From: Candidatus Eiseniibacteriota bacterium
Lineage (GTDB): Bacteria > Eisenbacteria > RBG-16-71-46 > CAVPCR01
Reading direction: 5' to 3'
Assembly (NCBI GenBank): GCA_963702435.1
Contig: CAVPCR010000001.1
Location: 352,001 to 416,000 of the forward strand
DNA: 64,000 bases
Part shown: positions 19,432 to 31,185 of the stretch, piece after piece
Numbering within the stretch: position 1 is the stretch's first letter
Layout of the letters: each line of letters starts with the position of its first letter
Position numbers and translations under genes: made by a program
Notes under the pieces: generated by a model
The model's input: only the letters and a program-made list of their open reading frames with translations
Database searches by the model: none
What the model was told of the DNA's origin: nothing

Positions 19432-20657
19432 GCCGCACCTCCCGGCCATGGCTCGGCGAGAGACCTCAGAGCGTTCAGGTCAACCTTCGCGTAAATCGCG
19501 GTCGTGTCCAGATGGCGATGCCGCAGGATCTCGCCGATCTCACCAAGCGACGCTCCGCGTTGGAGCATCCGGACCGCAAGGGAGTGGCGCAGGAGATGGG
19601 ATCCCTTGTGGGGGGCATCGATGCCGGCGCGGTCGATTGCGCGCTGGACGATGGCTCCAACAGAACGGCGAAGCTCGTGAACGGGCGCCCGCGACGTGAG
19701 GAATACGTGTCGTGACGCGCAGCGAGGGCGGCCATCACGCAGGTAGGCGACCACGGCTTCGCCTACATCCTTGGGGATCGGCAGGCGATCATGGCGATAT
19801 CCCTTGCCGCGAACGAGGAGATCACCGGCCTCCCAGTCGATATCGTCCAAAGTCATGCCGCTCACCTCCCCGCCTCTCAGACCGAGGCGGGCCAGAAGCA
19901 GCAGGATCGCGTAATCGCGCCGACCCGTTGGCGTTCGTCGGGTGCAGCTCTTCAGTAGGGCTTCGACTTGCTGAGGGTCGATCGACTTCGGAACACCTGT
20001 GAGTTGCCAACCCGGTACGGTCGGGACGACCGCAGCGAGATCCGTAGTGATCTCCGCGCGAAAGTAGAGAAAGCGCAAGTAGGAGCGTAGGGCGCATACC
20101 AGAAGCTTCGCGCGTGCCGGGCTCGTGGTCCTGGCGTGCTGGAGAACGAACCCGGTGATGTCCGCTGGAGACACACTCGCGAGGCTTACTGCCTTCACAC
20201 CAAAGAGACCCGCGAGAAAGTGATGCACAAATCGCAATGTGCTGGCGAGCGTTGATGGTGATACGCGCCGCTCTTCTCGCAAGTACTGCTCGAAGGCGAT
20301 CTCCGTGGTGTGCCGACGATCCTCTGGTGGCGGCAGCTCAGGTAGAACGCCACGTTCACGCAGTAGATCCTGTAGCAGGCGGATCGCCGCCACGTCACCA
20401 GAAAACACCGGGTTGTGTCGCTGTCGCCGTTGACGAAAGAACTTTGCGATCAGGTGGTCGTCGAGACTGACAACATCAAGGTGTTTATGCTCGAGCCACC
20501 GACTCAGGTCAGAGATGACCTTGATCTTCTGTCTTGCTGTCTCCCGGGAGTACTGCAGCTCGCCAAGGCGCGCAGCGTACGCATCGAGATAACCGCTCAG
20601 TGGACCAACGCGATACCAGCGGCCAACTGGGTGGCCGAAGCGAAATCCTAATCTCAT
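19428..20657 (-). CDS. RIT tyrosine recombinase A
   Basis: RDYAILLLLARLGLRGGEV, GKG, HLLRHSLA, LRHRHLDTTAIYAKVD; GGAGG RBS. Confidence 0.9.
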   Translation of the reverse strand: MRLGFRFGHPVGRWYRVGPLSGYLDAYAARLGELQYSRETARQKIKVISDLSRWLEHKHLDVVSLDDHLIAKFFRQRRQRHNPVFSGDVAAIRLLQDLLRERGVLPELPPPEDRRHTTEIAFEQYLREERRVSPSTLASTLRFVHHFLAGLFGVKAVSLASVSPADITGFVLQHARTTSPARAKLLVCALRSYLRFLYFRAEITTDLAAVVPTVPGWQLTGVPKSIDPQQVEALLKSCTRRTPTGRRDYAILLLLARLGLRGGEVSGMTLDDIDWEAGDLLVRGKGYRHDRLPIPKDVGEAVVAYLRDGRPRCASRHVFLTSRAPVHELRRSVGAIVQRAIDRAGIDAPHKGSHLLRHSLAVRMLQRGASLGEIGEILRHRHLDTTAIYAKVDLNALRSLAEPWPGGAA

Positions 20658-20987
20658 GTCTCCTCCTTGTTTGGGCACTGCGACCAGCTGGAGGAGACGT
20701 TAGGCTTATGCCGCGTCGTGATGCACTGCCATCGCGCTAACTGCCTGCCAGACAAGCAACTTCCCAAGCCGACGCGGCATAATCCGGAGCGCGGCATAAT
20801 GTCGATTATGCCGAGCTCGGCATAAGCGCCATGCCAGTATAACGATGGTCTACCTCGCGACCCGCGACCTCTTCCTCGCCCAGCGCTTCGCGCGGCACGC
20901 GAGCCCGCTCACGACCGTCGTGTACATCTACCCGAGCGACGAGGAGATGTTCGCCCGGCTGCGCGGGATGGAGTGCTGAGCACCGTT

Positions 20988-22475
20988 CTACTGCAGACGC
21001 ACGACCTTCCGTGACACTACGATCCCGTTCGCCTCGAAACGCATGAAGTAGGTGCCCGGTGGTACCTCGCCGCCCATGCCCTCTCCGCTCCAGCACACGG
21101 CATGCCGGCCGCGCGCGAGCGGTCCGTCCACGAGCCGATGGCGAAGCCGCCCGGAGATGTCGTAGATTGCAAGTTCGGAGTTATCCGCATCGTGGGCGAG
21201 ATCTACCACGATCATCGTCTGCGCAACGAAAGGGTTCGGTGTTGGGTCGTTCAAGGCCAGTGCGGGCACGGACGCCGACGCCACTGGATCGATAGCGGCC
21301 GGGGTATCCATTCGGAATATAAGCCAGGGGTCTCCAAGCAGCGCGAAAGAGAAGATCATCCGTCGAGCGGGGCCCTCGGTTCGTGCCTGCTCGACCAATG
21401 GGCGAAGAGCCAAGGCGTTGTCTATCCCTATGTGTATCGAACCGAAGTAGGTGAAGAGGCAACGCACCCACTCCCTCATCAGGTCGTCGGACGGCGGAAG
21501 CCATGTCTGGTTCGTGAAGCCGACGTAGGCAGCGGCGCCACCTTGGCTCGTGAGCCAGTGTTCGCCGATCGCATCGTCCGTGTCGAACGCTGCCGTCCAG
21601 CCTGAGAAAGCGTAGATGACGGAGAATCGCGGCGCGTTGTTGAGGGCCTGGACATCGGCGATGGAGAGGGGAGCGTCCCCGAGCCCCCAGGAGGTCTCGT
21701 CCCCGTTGCCGATGTGGAGGACGAGGCCATAGCCGGCATCAAGTTCACCAATCGCCGCTTGGCGCGTAAGCTCGACGGACCCGGGCCAGTTCCCAGCCTC
21801 CGTGTAGAGCCGTTGCAGTGCAAACGAGGGTGGAATGAACGTGCGCGTCGCCTCGGCGATCGTTGCCCCGTGGGTTGCACCAAGCCGCTCAGCAAGATAA
21901 AGGGCCGACGCCGGGTAGCCCGGTCCGGGCGGGGAGGTATGGTACGCGATCGAACGTTCTACGAATGCTTGCGCCTCAGCTGCGGTGGAGACGGGAGCGC
22001 GACCGACCATGATCTCTGGCGCGAGGTCCACCGCATCCTCGACCTCGCCGAAGTGCTGGTCACCGTCGGCGTTCCAAGTGCCATCGAGGCACATGAAGTA
22101 GGACTCGCAGAGGATGTCGGTGGGGGTTTGGTAGGTGCTCCGTGCGTACCGGACCGGTACGACCTCGGCATCACCCCCGAGGAGGGCGAAATGGGTGCCG
22201 AGGGATGCGTACGCATCCTGGAGAAAGAGCCGCACTCTCTCGGCGTCATCGACGCCGGGATAGTGCGCAGTAATCCACTCGACCGTACGCACGTCCGCGG
22301 GAGTGTTTTGTGTAGTGAGGAAGGAAGCGAGCCCTTCGAACGCGGGTGCGAACTTCTCACTGGTCACGATCATGTACTCTGTTGGGAAGGAGGCGGCCAA
22401 AGGCGCTGCGACGAAACCCATGCCGAGGACTGGTACCAGTAAGAACCGGAACCCGGGAGAGATGCAACGGGCCAT
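20988..22475 (-). CDS. secreted C25 (gingipain-like) peptidase-family protein with C-terminal FlgD/T9SS-type domain
   Basis: signal peptide; ALLGGD..VVP, DGTWNADGD, VGRAPV; tail PNPF...IYDISGRL...GTYF; the usual catalytic H/C positions look altered (HIGNG, FSGWT). Confidence 0.8.
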   Translation of the reverse strand: MARCISPGFRFLLVPVLGMGFVAAPLAASFPTEYMIVTSEKFAPAFEGLASFLTTQNTPADVRTVEWITAHYPGVDDAERVRLFLQDAYASLGTHFALLGGDAEVVPVRYARSTYQTPTDILCESYFMCLDGTWNADGDQHFGEVEDAVDLAPEIMVGRAPVSTAAEAQAFVERSIAYHTSPPGPGYPASALYLAERLGATHGATIAEATRTFIPPSFALQRLYTEAGNWPGSVELTRQAAIGELDAGYGLVLHIGNGDETSWGLGDAPLSIADVQALNNAPRFSVIYAFSGWTAAFDTDDAIGEHWLTSQGGAAAYVGFTNQTWLPPSDDLMREWVRCLFTYFGSIHIGIDNALALRPLVEQARTEGPARRMIFSFALLGDPWLIFRMDTPAAIDPVASASVPALALNDPTPNPFVAQTMIVVDLAHDADNSELAIYDISGRLRHRLVDGPLARGRHAVCWSGEGMGGEVPPGTYFMRFEANGIVVSRKVVRLQ

Positions 22476-22667
22476 GAGACGACTCCCTTCGGGAAAGGGC
22501 AGCCGGAGCCTTCCCCCACTCTTTGGACAGCTTTCCGCCGGGCGGCCAGCGAGCGTTCCATAGTCACAGTCGGCATTCAGGCACAGCTTTCGACGGCACG
22601 GCGAGTGGTGGGCTGATCGCCTCCCAGCCACAGACCGCGGCAACAGACAACACGCTTGTCTTGGCGG

Positions 22668-23024
22668 CTAGTAGGGATTGATACTCATGACCTCGAAGCT
22701 CTTACCGTTTTCGTTCCCCTCGAACCACACCCAGCCTTTATGGGTCCCGGGGGTGCTATCGCAAGTTGATGGAAGCCGCATAGCCTTGTGCACATAGTGA
22801 AGCTCCGTGCCCTCGCACTCAAAGCTCGTGCCCGTAAAGCTCCAGTAGTCAACGCGAATTATGTCGCCGACCTGGAGCAACTCGCTGTCTAACCACGAAT
22901 AGGGCTGTTACACTGTGAGCACGTTGTTTTCGCACTGCCTGAGTTCGATGCAGTAGTACGTTAGAGCACTGGCCTGACCGACACCTAGAAGCGCAAGCGC
23001 GAACAATAGAATGAGGCTCTTCAT
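22668..23024 (-). pseudogene. small Cys-containing secreted protein (unit B) with an in-frame TAA
   Basis: AGGAAGGAG RBS; MKSLILLFALALLGVGQASALTYYCIELRQCENNVLTV*QPYSWLDSELLQVGD...; TAA at 22910-22908, same frame continues to 22668. Confidence 0.75.
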
Positions 23025-23122
23025 CGTTTGCTCCTTCCTAGCCCGGGTCCGAAGAGTCCGGCATCAGCCGGAAAAGGGAGTTCCGGGGTACTTAGCCGCC
23101 CTCAAGCCGACATCGTGCCATG

Positions 23123-23260
23123 GGCCTCATCGTCGGGCGGCTTCGCCCCGGGACCTCGTGGGGGTCGCCGGGCGGTGAGGTCTGGCCTCGTGGACCTGGC
23201 TCGCAATCGAGCCGAAGGACCTGTTTCTAATGATGCTCCTTCGGCGCCTCCCGCGAATTC
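23123..23260 (-). promoter_or_regulatory. conserved promoter plus structured leader, copy B
   Basis: same conserved blocks as copies A and C (23123-23142, 23172-23185, GATGCTCCT 23232-23240); lacks the recombinase-proximal half. Confidence 0.65.
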
Positions 23261-23340
23261 ACTCGCGGAACCGGTGATCTACCCAAGATAACATCCTTCC
23301 CCACGAGCTGTTCCGCCGGCTCGCCCGCGCCGAAACCCTT

Positions 23341-24597
23341 TCACCGGACTAACACGAGCTTCTCGAGATGCACCTCGCCTTGCTGACTGGTGAGGCGAAG
23401 GAAGTAGACTCCGGCGGGAACCGCGCGGCCGTCGCCGCTCGTCCCGTCCCAGACAATCTCGCCCCGTCTCGCGAGGACCTCCGGCAGAACCGCCACTCGC
23501 CGGCCGCTCGCGCCGTAGATCCCGGCTTCGATCGGCCCTGATCCAGGCCACTCCACTCCGACCTGGACGCCCGTCCTGAACGGGTTGGGGCGGCACCATA
23601 CGCGGGGGCTGGCGATCGCCGTACCCTCGTCGGCGATGCCGGTCGAGGCCGAGGCCAAGCCCTTCCAGATGCGGCCCACCGACCCGGTCCAGCCGACCGA
23701 CCATCCAATCTCGGCGTCGGCGAAGTCCAGGTCCTCGCCGACATAGGATGGCCCGAGCACATCGCGTTCCCAGTCGATGCCGGCGTTCGTGCTGTGGAAG
23801 ACACCTTGCGTCGATGTCGAGCCCCACACCTCGTCGGTCCCCGCGATCCAGTCGAAGGTGAGGAGCCGCGCGGGCGTCGGACTCTGGACTGCATGCCAGG
23901 TCTGGCCGGCATCCGTGCTGCGATCGAGCGCATACAGGTCGCCCCCCGCGAGCCCGATCCCGCTTTCGCTCACGACGAGCCCCGCCACCTGCTCGACATT
24001 CGTGGACACCGGAGCCCAATCGGCACCGCCGTTCGTGGTTCGCCAGACCACGAAGCCGCTGGTCCCGAACGCGCCGGTGGTCCCTGTCCAGCTGAACGAA
24101 CGCCAGAGACCGGCGAGACCGCCTGACTGCGGGGCAGTCGGCGAGGGGCTCCAGCTCGCTCCGCCATCGACGGTCTCGAGGATGACCCACCGGTCCCCGA
24201 CCGGGTCGCCGACCGCCCAGCCGTGCTGGGCGTCGAAGAAGTGGATCCCGTTGATGGAGGTATCGATGTAGAACACTTGATGCCAGGACGTTCCGCCATT
24301 CGTGGTGCGCCAGAAGCGCCCCGGGTATCCCGCGACCACGCAGGTCTCTGCGTCGAAGGCGAAGAGCGCCGAGTGGGAACCCGAGGGAGTGGGGTGAGCT
24401 TCCCAGTGCTCTCCTCCGTCGGTCGTCCTCACGACCTGGGCGTTCTCCCCCGCAGCCCACGCGATGTCTCGGCTGACCGCATGGACCACGTAGAGCTGGC
24501 CGTTGCTGTTCGACGCTTGCTCGGTCCAGGTGCCCGCGCTCGCGAGACCGACCGGCGCGACCAGGATCAGGAACGCACATACTATGCAGGTTCTCAT
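23341..24597 (-). CDS. secreted BNR/YCF48-like beta-propeller protein with C-terminal FlgD/T9SS-type domain
   Basis: signal peptide; repeated RTTDGG/RTTNGG-x-W Asp-boxes; tail PNPF...GVYFLRL. Confidence 0.88.
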   Translation of the reverse strand: MRTCIVCAFLILVAPVGLASAGTWTEQASNSNGQLYVVHAVSRDIAWAAGENAQVVRTTDGGEHWEAHPTPSGSHSALFAFDAETCVVAGYPGRFWRTTNGGTSWHQVFYIDTSINGIHFFDAQHGWAVGDPVGDRWVILETVDGGASWSPSPTAPQSGGLAGLWRSFSWTGTTGAFGTSGFVVWRTTNGGADWAPVSTNVEQVAGLVVSESGIGLAGGDLYALDRSTDAGQTWHAVQSPTPARLLTFDWIAGTDEVWGSTSTQGVFHSTNAGIDWERDVLGPSYVGEDLDFADAEIGWSVGWTGSVGRIWKGLASASTGIADEGTAIASPRVWCRPNPFRTGVQVGVEWPGSGPIEAGIYGASGRRVAVLPEVLARRGEIVWDGTSGDGRAVPAGVYFLRLTSQQGEVHLEKLVLVR

Positions 24598-24631
24598 GGC
24601 CTTGCTCTCCTTTCGGGATCATCGCCGCCGA

Positions 24632-25063
24632 TCAGGGACAGCTCGTGATTTGGCCATTGCCGGTCCACCACAACGATGTGCAGCTGTCACACAAGTCGGC
24701 ACACGTCCCTGAATTCACATCCCAGAAGCGCTCCACACGATAGCGGTACTTGTAAGAGGGATTGTATCCGCAGTCGCAAATGCTGTTGCTGGGCCCCTCA
24801 TACACTAGCGTCCACTCCGATTCGCCACAGAGTTGCCGGAAGAACTTGAAGCACTCGAAGTCTCCATGGTGGACTGTGACTTGGATCCCCCAGCCTGGGG
24901 GCGAACATTCAACGGTAGTGCACTGGCCAGGTACAGGATCACAGGGTGGCGCTTGGCCGTACGCGGCACAGGGCACAATGAAAAGAACACTCACGAGGAT
25001 GATGAGGAACTCGAAGCGGGATGCAGGATGCTGAGGATGTGCAGAAACGCGCTGCGTTTCCAT
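24632..25063 (-). CDS. small Cys-rich secreted protein (unit C)
   Basis: AGGAGG RBS then METQRVS...FLIILVSVLFIVPCAAYG signal-like segment; many Cys; AT-richer. Confidence 0.7.
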   Translation of the reverse strand: METQRVSAHPQHPASRFEFLIILVSVLFIVPCAAYGQAPPCDPVPGQCTTVECSPPGWGIQVTVHHGDFECFKFFRQLCGESEWTLVYEGPSNSICDCGYNPSYKYRYRVERFWDVNSGTCADLCDSCTSLWWTGNGQITSCP

Positions 25064-25065
25064 GG

Positions 25066-25240
25066 CCGCCCTCCTGCTCATAACGAGCATTTGCGGCCTC
25101 ATCGTCGGGCGGCTCGCGCCGGGACCTCGTGGGTCGCGAGGCGGTGAGGTCTGGACCTCGTCGTGCCCTAGCCCGCGCTTGAGCCAAGTCACCAACGTCT
25201 AGGATGCTCCTGTCGGCGACCCGGGGCAAGTGCAAATCAT
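25066..25240 (-). promoter_or_regulatory. conserved promoter plus structured leader, copy C
   Basis: -35 TTGCCC (25229-25224), 17 nt, -10 CATCCT (25206-25201); conserved blocks 25095-25114 and 25141-25154; ends at the RBS of the unit C gene. Confidence 0.7.
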
Positions 25241-25409
25241 GGGGACGTGAGAATCCCCGCCCGGTGACCGAACTGGCTCTTGATCTTCGAGTTACAGGTT
25301 CGACCGTTGGCCCGGCGTCTCAGTGAGATGGAAGCCAAGCCGGGTGCAGCCTTGATCTTCCCCTCGCCGGCAGGGACCCTTGGGCACCCGTCATCCAGCG
25401 AGGCGATCC

Positions 25410-25607
25410 ATGCCGTACCTATCGCCACCGACCCTCACCGCCGCCGAGCAGCGCGCCCTGCTCGCTGCGACGGCCGCCCACCCCCGAGACCACACGATCT
25501 TCTCCCTCGCCCTCGGCACCGGCTTGCGCCTCGGCGAGATCGTCGGTTTGAACGTCGGGGATATCTACTTCCCTGACAAGATCTCAAACCACCGACCCGT
25601 TGGTTAA
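25410..25607 (+). pseudogene. truncated second copy of the small tyrosine recombinase
   Basis: [56 protein letters not shown] closely matches the copy at 16990; homology stops near 25578. Confidence 0.88.
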
Positions 25608-25627
25608 CAGCCGAGCCGCAACGCGCA

Positions 25628-26067
25628 TCACACGTCGAAGACGACTTGCGCCCTCCACCCCTCGTCCGCGCGCACGACCTCGAGCCCGTGATAGGTAACG
25701 GCCTTGATCTCGCGGACCACCTCGTGCCGCGCCGGGTCGGCGCGCTCCCCGCGCACGACCGCTACCGCCCGCCTCGCACCGAGCTGCTCGAAGCGCACCG
25801 CCGCGTACAGGAACTCCTGCTCCGCATGGAGCCACAGGAGCTCGCGCAGGAAATCGACGAGGAGCTCGGCCTCGTCCTCCCCCGCCGCCTCCACCCGGAA
25901 CTCCGCGCGCGCCGCGACCGCTCCCTCCTCGACGATCAGGCTGAACATGCCCGCGGCGCAGCGGTCGAAGAGCGAGGCGAGATCCGGCGCCGTGGCGGCA
26001 ATCGCGACATCGGCCGTGTGCTCGATCTGCCAGAAACGGGCAGCCGGCTGCTCCTCGCGTTCCGCCA

Positions 26068-26068
<1 letters not shown>
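25628..26068 (-). CDS. archease
   Basis: EHTADV and EIKAVTYHGL...VVFDV. Confidence 0.92.
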
Positions 26069-29320
<3,252 letters not shown>

Positions 29321-29404
29321 CCTCGTGTCCTCCTCCCGGCGGGGTGGTCCCGCCGCCACGATGGTGTTCTCCACTCAGCGCACTTTCATGAAGCGCACAC
29401 CGAA

Positions 29405-29502
29405 TCGGCGCCCATCGGCGCCCATCGGCGCACATCCGCTCGGCGCCCATCGGCGCACACCCGCTCGGCGCCCGTCGGCGCACACCCGCTCGGCGCACAT
29501 CC
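29405..29502. repeat. intergenic degenerate tandem repeat with TCGGCGC core
   Basis: about 8 copies of TCGGCGC(C/A)C. Confidence 0.6.
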
Positions 29503-29503
29503 T

Positions 29504-29803
29504 TCAGCGCACGCCGAACGCGCCCCCCTCCCCCGTTGGCTCGAGCTCCGCGACCTCGACCGCCTCGACCCGCGCGAGGCGCGGGCCCTCCCGGCAGAAC
29601 GCGATGAGCGCGGCGACCGCGTCCGGACGTCCCTCCGCGATCACCTCGACGCGCCCGTCGGCGAGGTTCCTGGCGTATCCCGCGAGCTCGAGCTCGCGCG
29701 CCCGCTCGGCGGTCGTCGCCCGGTAGAAGACGCCTTGCACGCGCCCCGAGACGAAGAGGCGAACGCGGCGGCGCGTCTCCTCCTGCGAGCCACGCTCGAT
29801 CAT
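29504..29803 (-). CDS. acyP: acylphosphatase
   Basis: SGRVQGVFYR and GYARNLADGRVEV. Confidence 0.93.
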   Translation of the reverse strand: MIERGSQEETRRRVRLFVSGRVQGVFYRATTAERARELELAGYARNLADGRVEVIAEGRPDAVAALIAFCREGPRLARVEAVEVAELEPTGEGGAFGVR

Positions 29804-30579
29804 CGCGGCTGCTCCGCCTCGCCCGTCATCGGCACGAAGCGCACCGGGATCACCGCCTTCTCCTCGACGCGCCCGTCGCGATCGCGCGTGATCACCATGA
29901 GCTCCTGATAGTAGTCGCCCACCGGGATCACGAGCCGCCCGCCGGGCGCGAGCTCGTCGATGAGCGGCTGCGGCACGTGATCAGGCGCCGCGGTCACGAT
30001 GATCGCGTCGAAGGGCGCGGCCTCCGGCCAGCCCCGATAGCCGTCCCCCGCGCGCACCCGGACCGTCGTGCAGCCGAGGCCTGCGAGGCGCTCGCTCGCG
30101 CTCCGGGCGAGACCGGGCAGGATCTCGATCGAGTAGACGTGGGGCGTGATCGCGGCGAGGACGGCGGCCTGGTATCCCGAGCCGGTGCCGATCTCGAGCA
30201 CCTTCTCGCCCGGCCGGAGATCGAGGAGCTCGGTCATGAGCGCCACGATGTAGGGCTGCGAGATGGTCTGCTCCTCGCCGATCGGGAGCGGGCGATCGGC
30301 GTAGGCGTCGGCACGCAGGTTCGCCGGCACGAAGAGATGGCGCGGCACGGCGCGCATGGCGTGGAGCACGAGCGAATCGCGGACGCCGCGGGCGACGATC
30401 GTCTCCTCGATCATGCGTTCGCGCGCCGCCTGCTCGGCGGGGGTGTCGGCGACCGAGGTCGCGGCCGCCGCCGGGCTCTCCGTGCGGTCGTCCGTGCGGC
30501 TCGCGGCGTGCTCTCCTGCACCGCAGGCGACCGCGGCGGCGAGCGTACTGGCGACGAGGAGCACGATGCGCGCGTCCAT
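29800..30579 (-). CDS. pcm: protein-L-isoaspartate O-methyltransferase
   Basis: VPRHLFVP, QTISQPYIVALMT, VLEIGTGSGYQAA, VRFVPM. Confidence 0.95.
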   Translation of the reverse strand: MDARIVLLVASTLAAAVACGAGEHAASRTDDRTESPAAAATSVADTPAEQAARERMIEETIVARGVRDSLVLHAMRAVPRHLFVPANLRADAYADRPLPIGEEQTISQPYIVALMTELLDLRPGEKVLEIGTGSGYQAAVLAAITPHVYSIEILPGLARSASERLAGLGCTTVRVRAGDGYRGWPEAAPFDAIIVTAAPDHVPQPLIDELAPGGRLVIPVGDYYQELMVITRDRDGRVEEKAVIPVRFVPMTGEAEQPR

Positions 30580-30666
30580 GGCGAGCGGATGCTAGCACAT
30601 CCCGCCTCCGCCCCGCGGGGCCCCGCTTCAGCCGTTGGGCTCCGCGTCGGCCGCGGAGGACGCGCT

Positions 30667-31182
30667 TCAGCCGCGAAGGGCACGCCACAGGATCACGACG
30701 ACCATGATGACGCCGATCTCGAACTTGATGGCGATCGCCGCGACGCGGCCGAAGAACGCGGCCCACCCGGCGCGGAAGCTTCCTTCCACCTTCCGGCGAT
30801 GGAGGATCTCGCCGATCACCGCGCCGGCGAAGGCCCCGGCGAACGCCCCGAGGAGGCTGCCCACGATCGGCACCACGCCGGTGCCGGCGACGCCGCCCAC
30901 GATGCCGCCGAGGAAGGTCCCGAGCATCGCCTTCTTCGAGGCGCCGAGCCGCTGCACCGCGAAGAGCCCGAGGCCCGCCTCGATGATCTCGCCGATCACG
31001 GCGAGGGCGGCGAGGAGGAGGAGAGTCCACCAGCCGATCGCCTTGAACCCGGTCGCGACCGCGAAGACCAACGCGGTCCCGAGGATGACGAAGTTGCCGC
31101 CGAGCCCGAGGGGCACGAGGAGGAGCCCGCCGAGGAGCCCGACGGCGAGCGCCAGCCAGCCGAGAATGCCGAGGTCCGCCAC
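30667..31182 (-). CDS. DUF456-like membrane protein
   Basis: Gly-rich hydrophobic helices; LGASK...GG..G..G pattern. Confidence 0.7.
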   Translation of the reverse strand: MADLGILGWLALAVGLLGGLLLVPLGLGGNFVILGTALVFAVATGFKAIGWWTLLLLAALAVIGEIIEAGLGLFAVQRLGASKKAMLGTFLGGIVGGVAGTGVVPIVGSLLGAFAGAFAGAVIGEILHRRKVEGSFRAGWAAFFGRVAAIAIKFEIGVIMVVVILWRALRG

Positions 31183-31185
31183 TTC

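Larger units (their letters stand above)
17425..20825 (-). mobile_element. RIT element (recombinase in trio)
   Basis: three ATGA-coupled tyrosine recombinases; perfect 27-bp IR CATTATGCCGCGCTCCGGATTATGCCG (17425-17451 and 20775-20801); extra TTATGCCG sites. Confidence 0.9.
16990..20979 (+). pseudogene. small catalytic-domain-only tyrosine recombinase (194 aa reconstructed), split by the RIT element
   Basis: 16990-17427 MPYLSP...GTGLRLGEI...AKGG...FHSLRH; 20830-20979 HASITMVY...ARHASPLTTVVY...; joining gives the complete R-K-HxxR-H-Y set. Confidence 0.88.

Noticed and set aside
11875..25607. Classical integron
   Set aside because: No RYYYAAC...GTTRRRY attC sites were found after the cargo genes, and the recombinase is far shorter than IntI and lacks its insertion.
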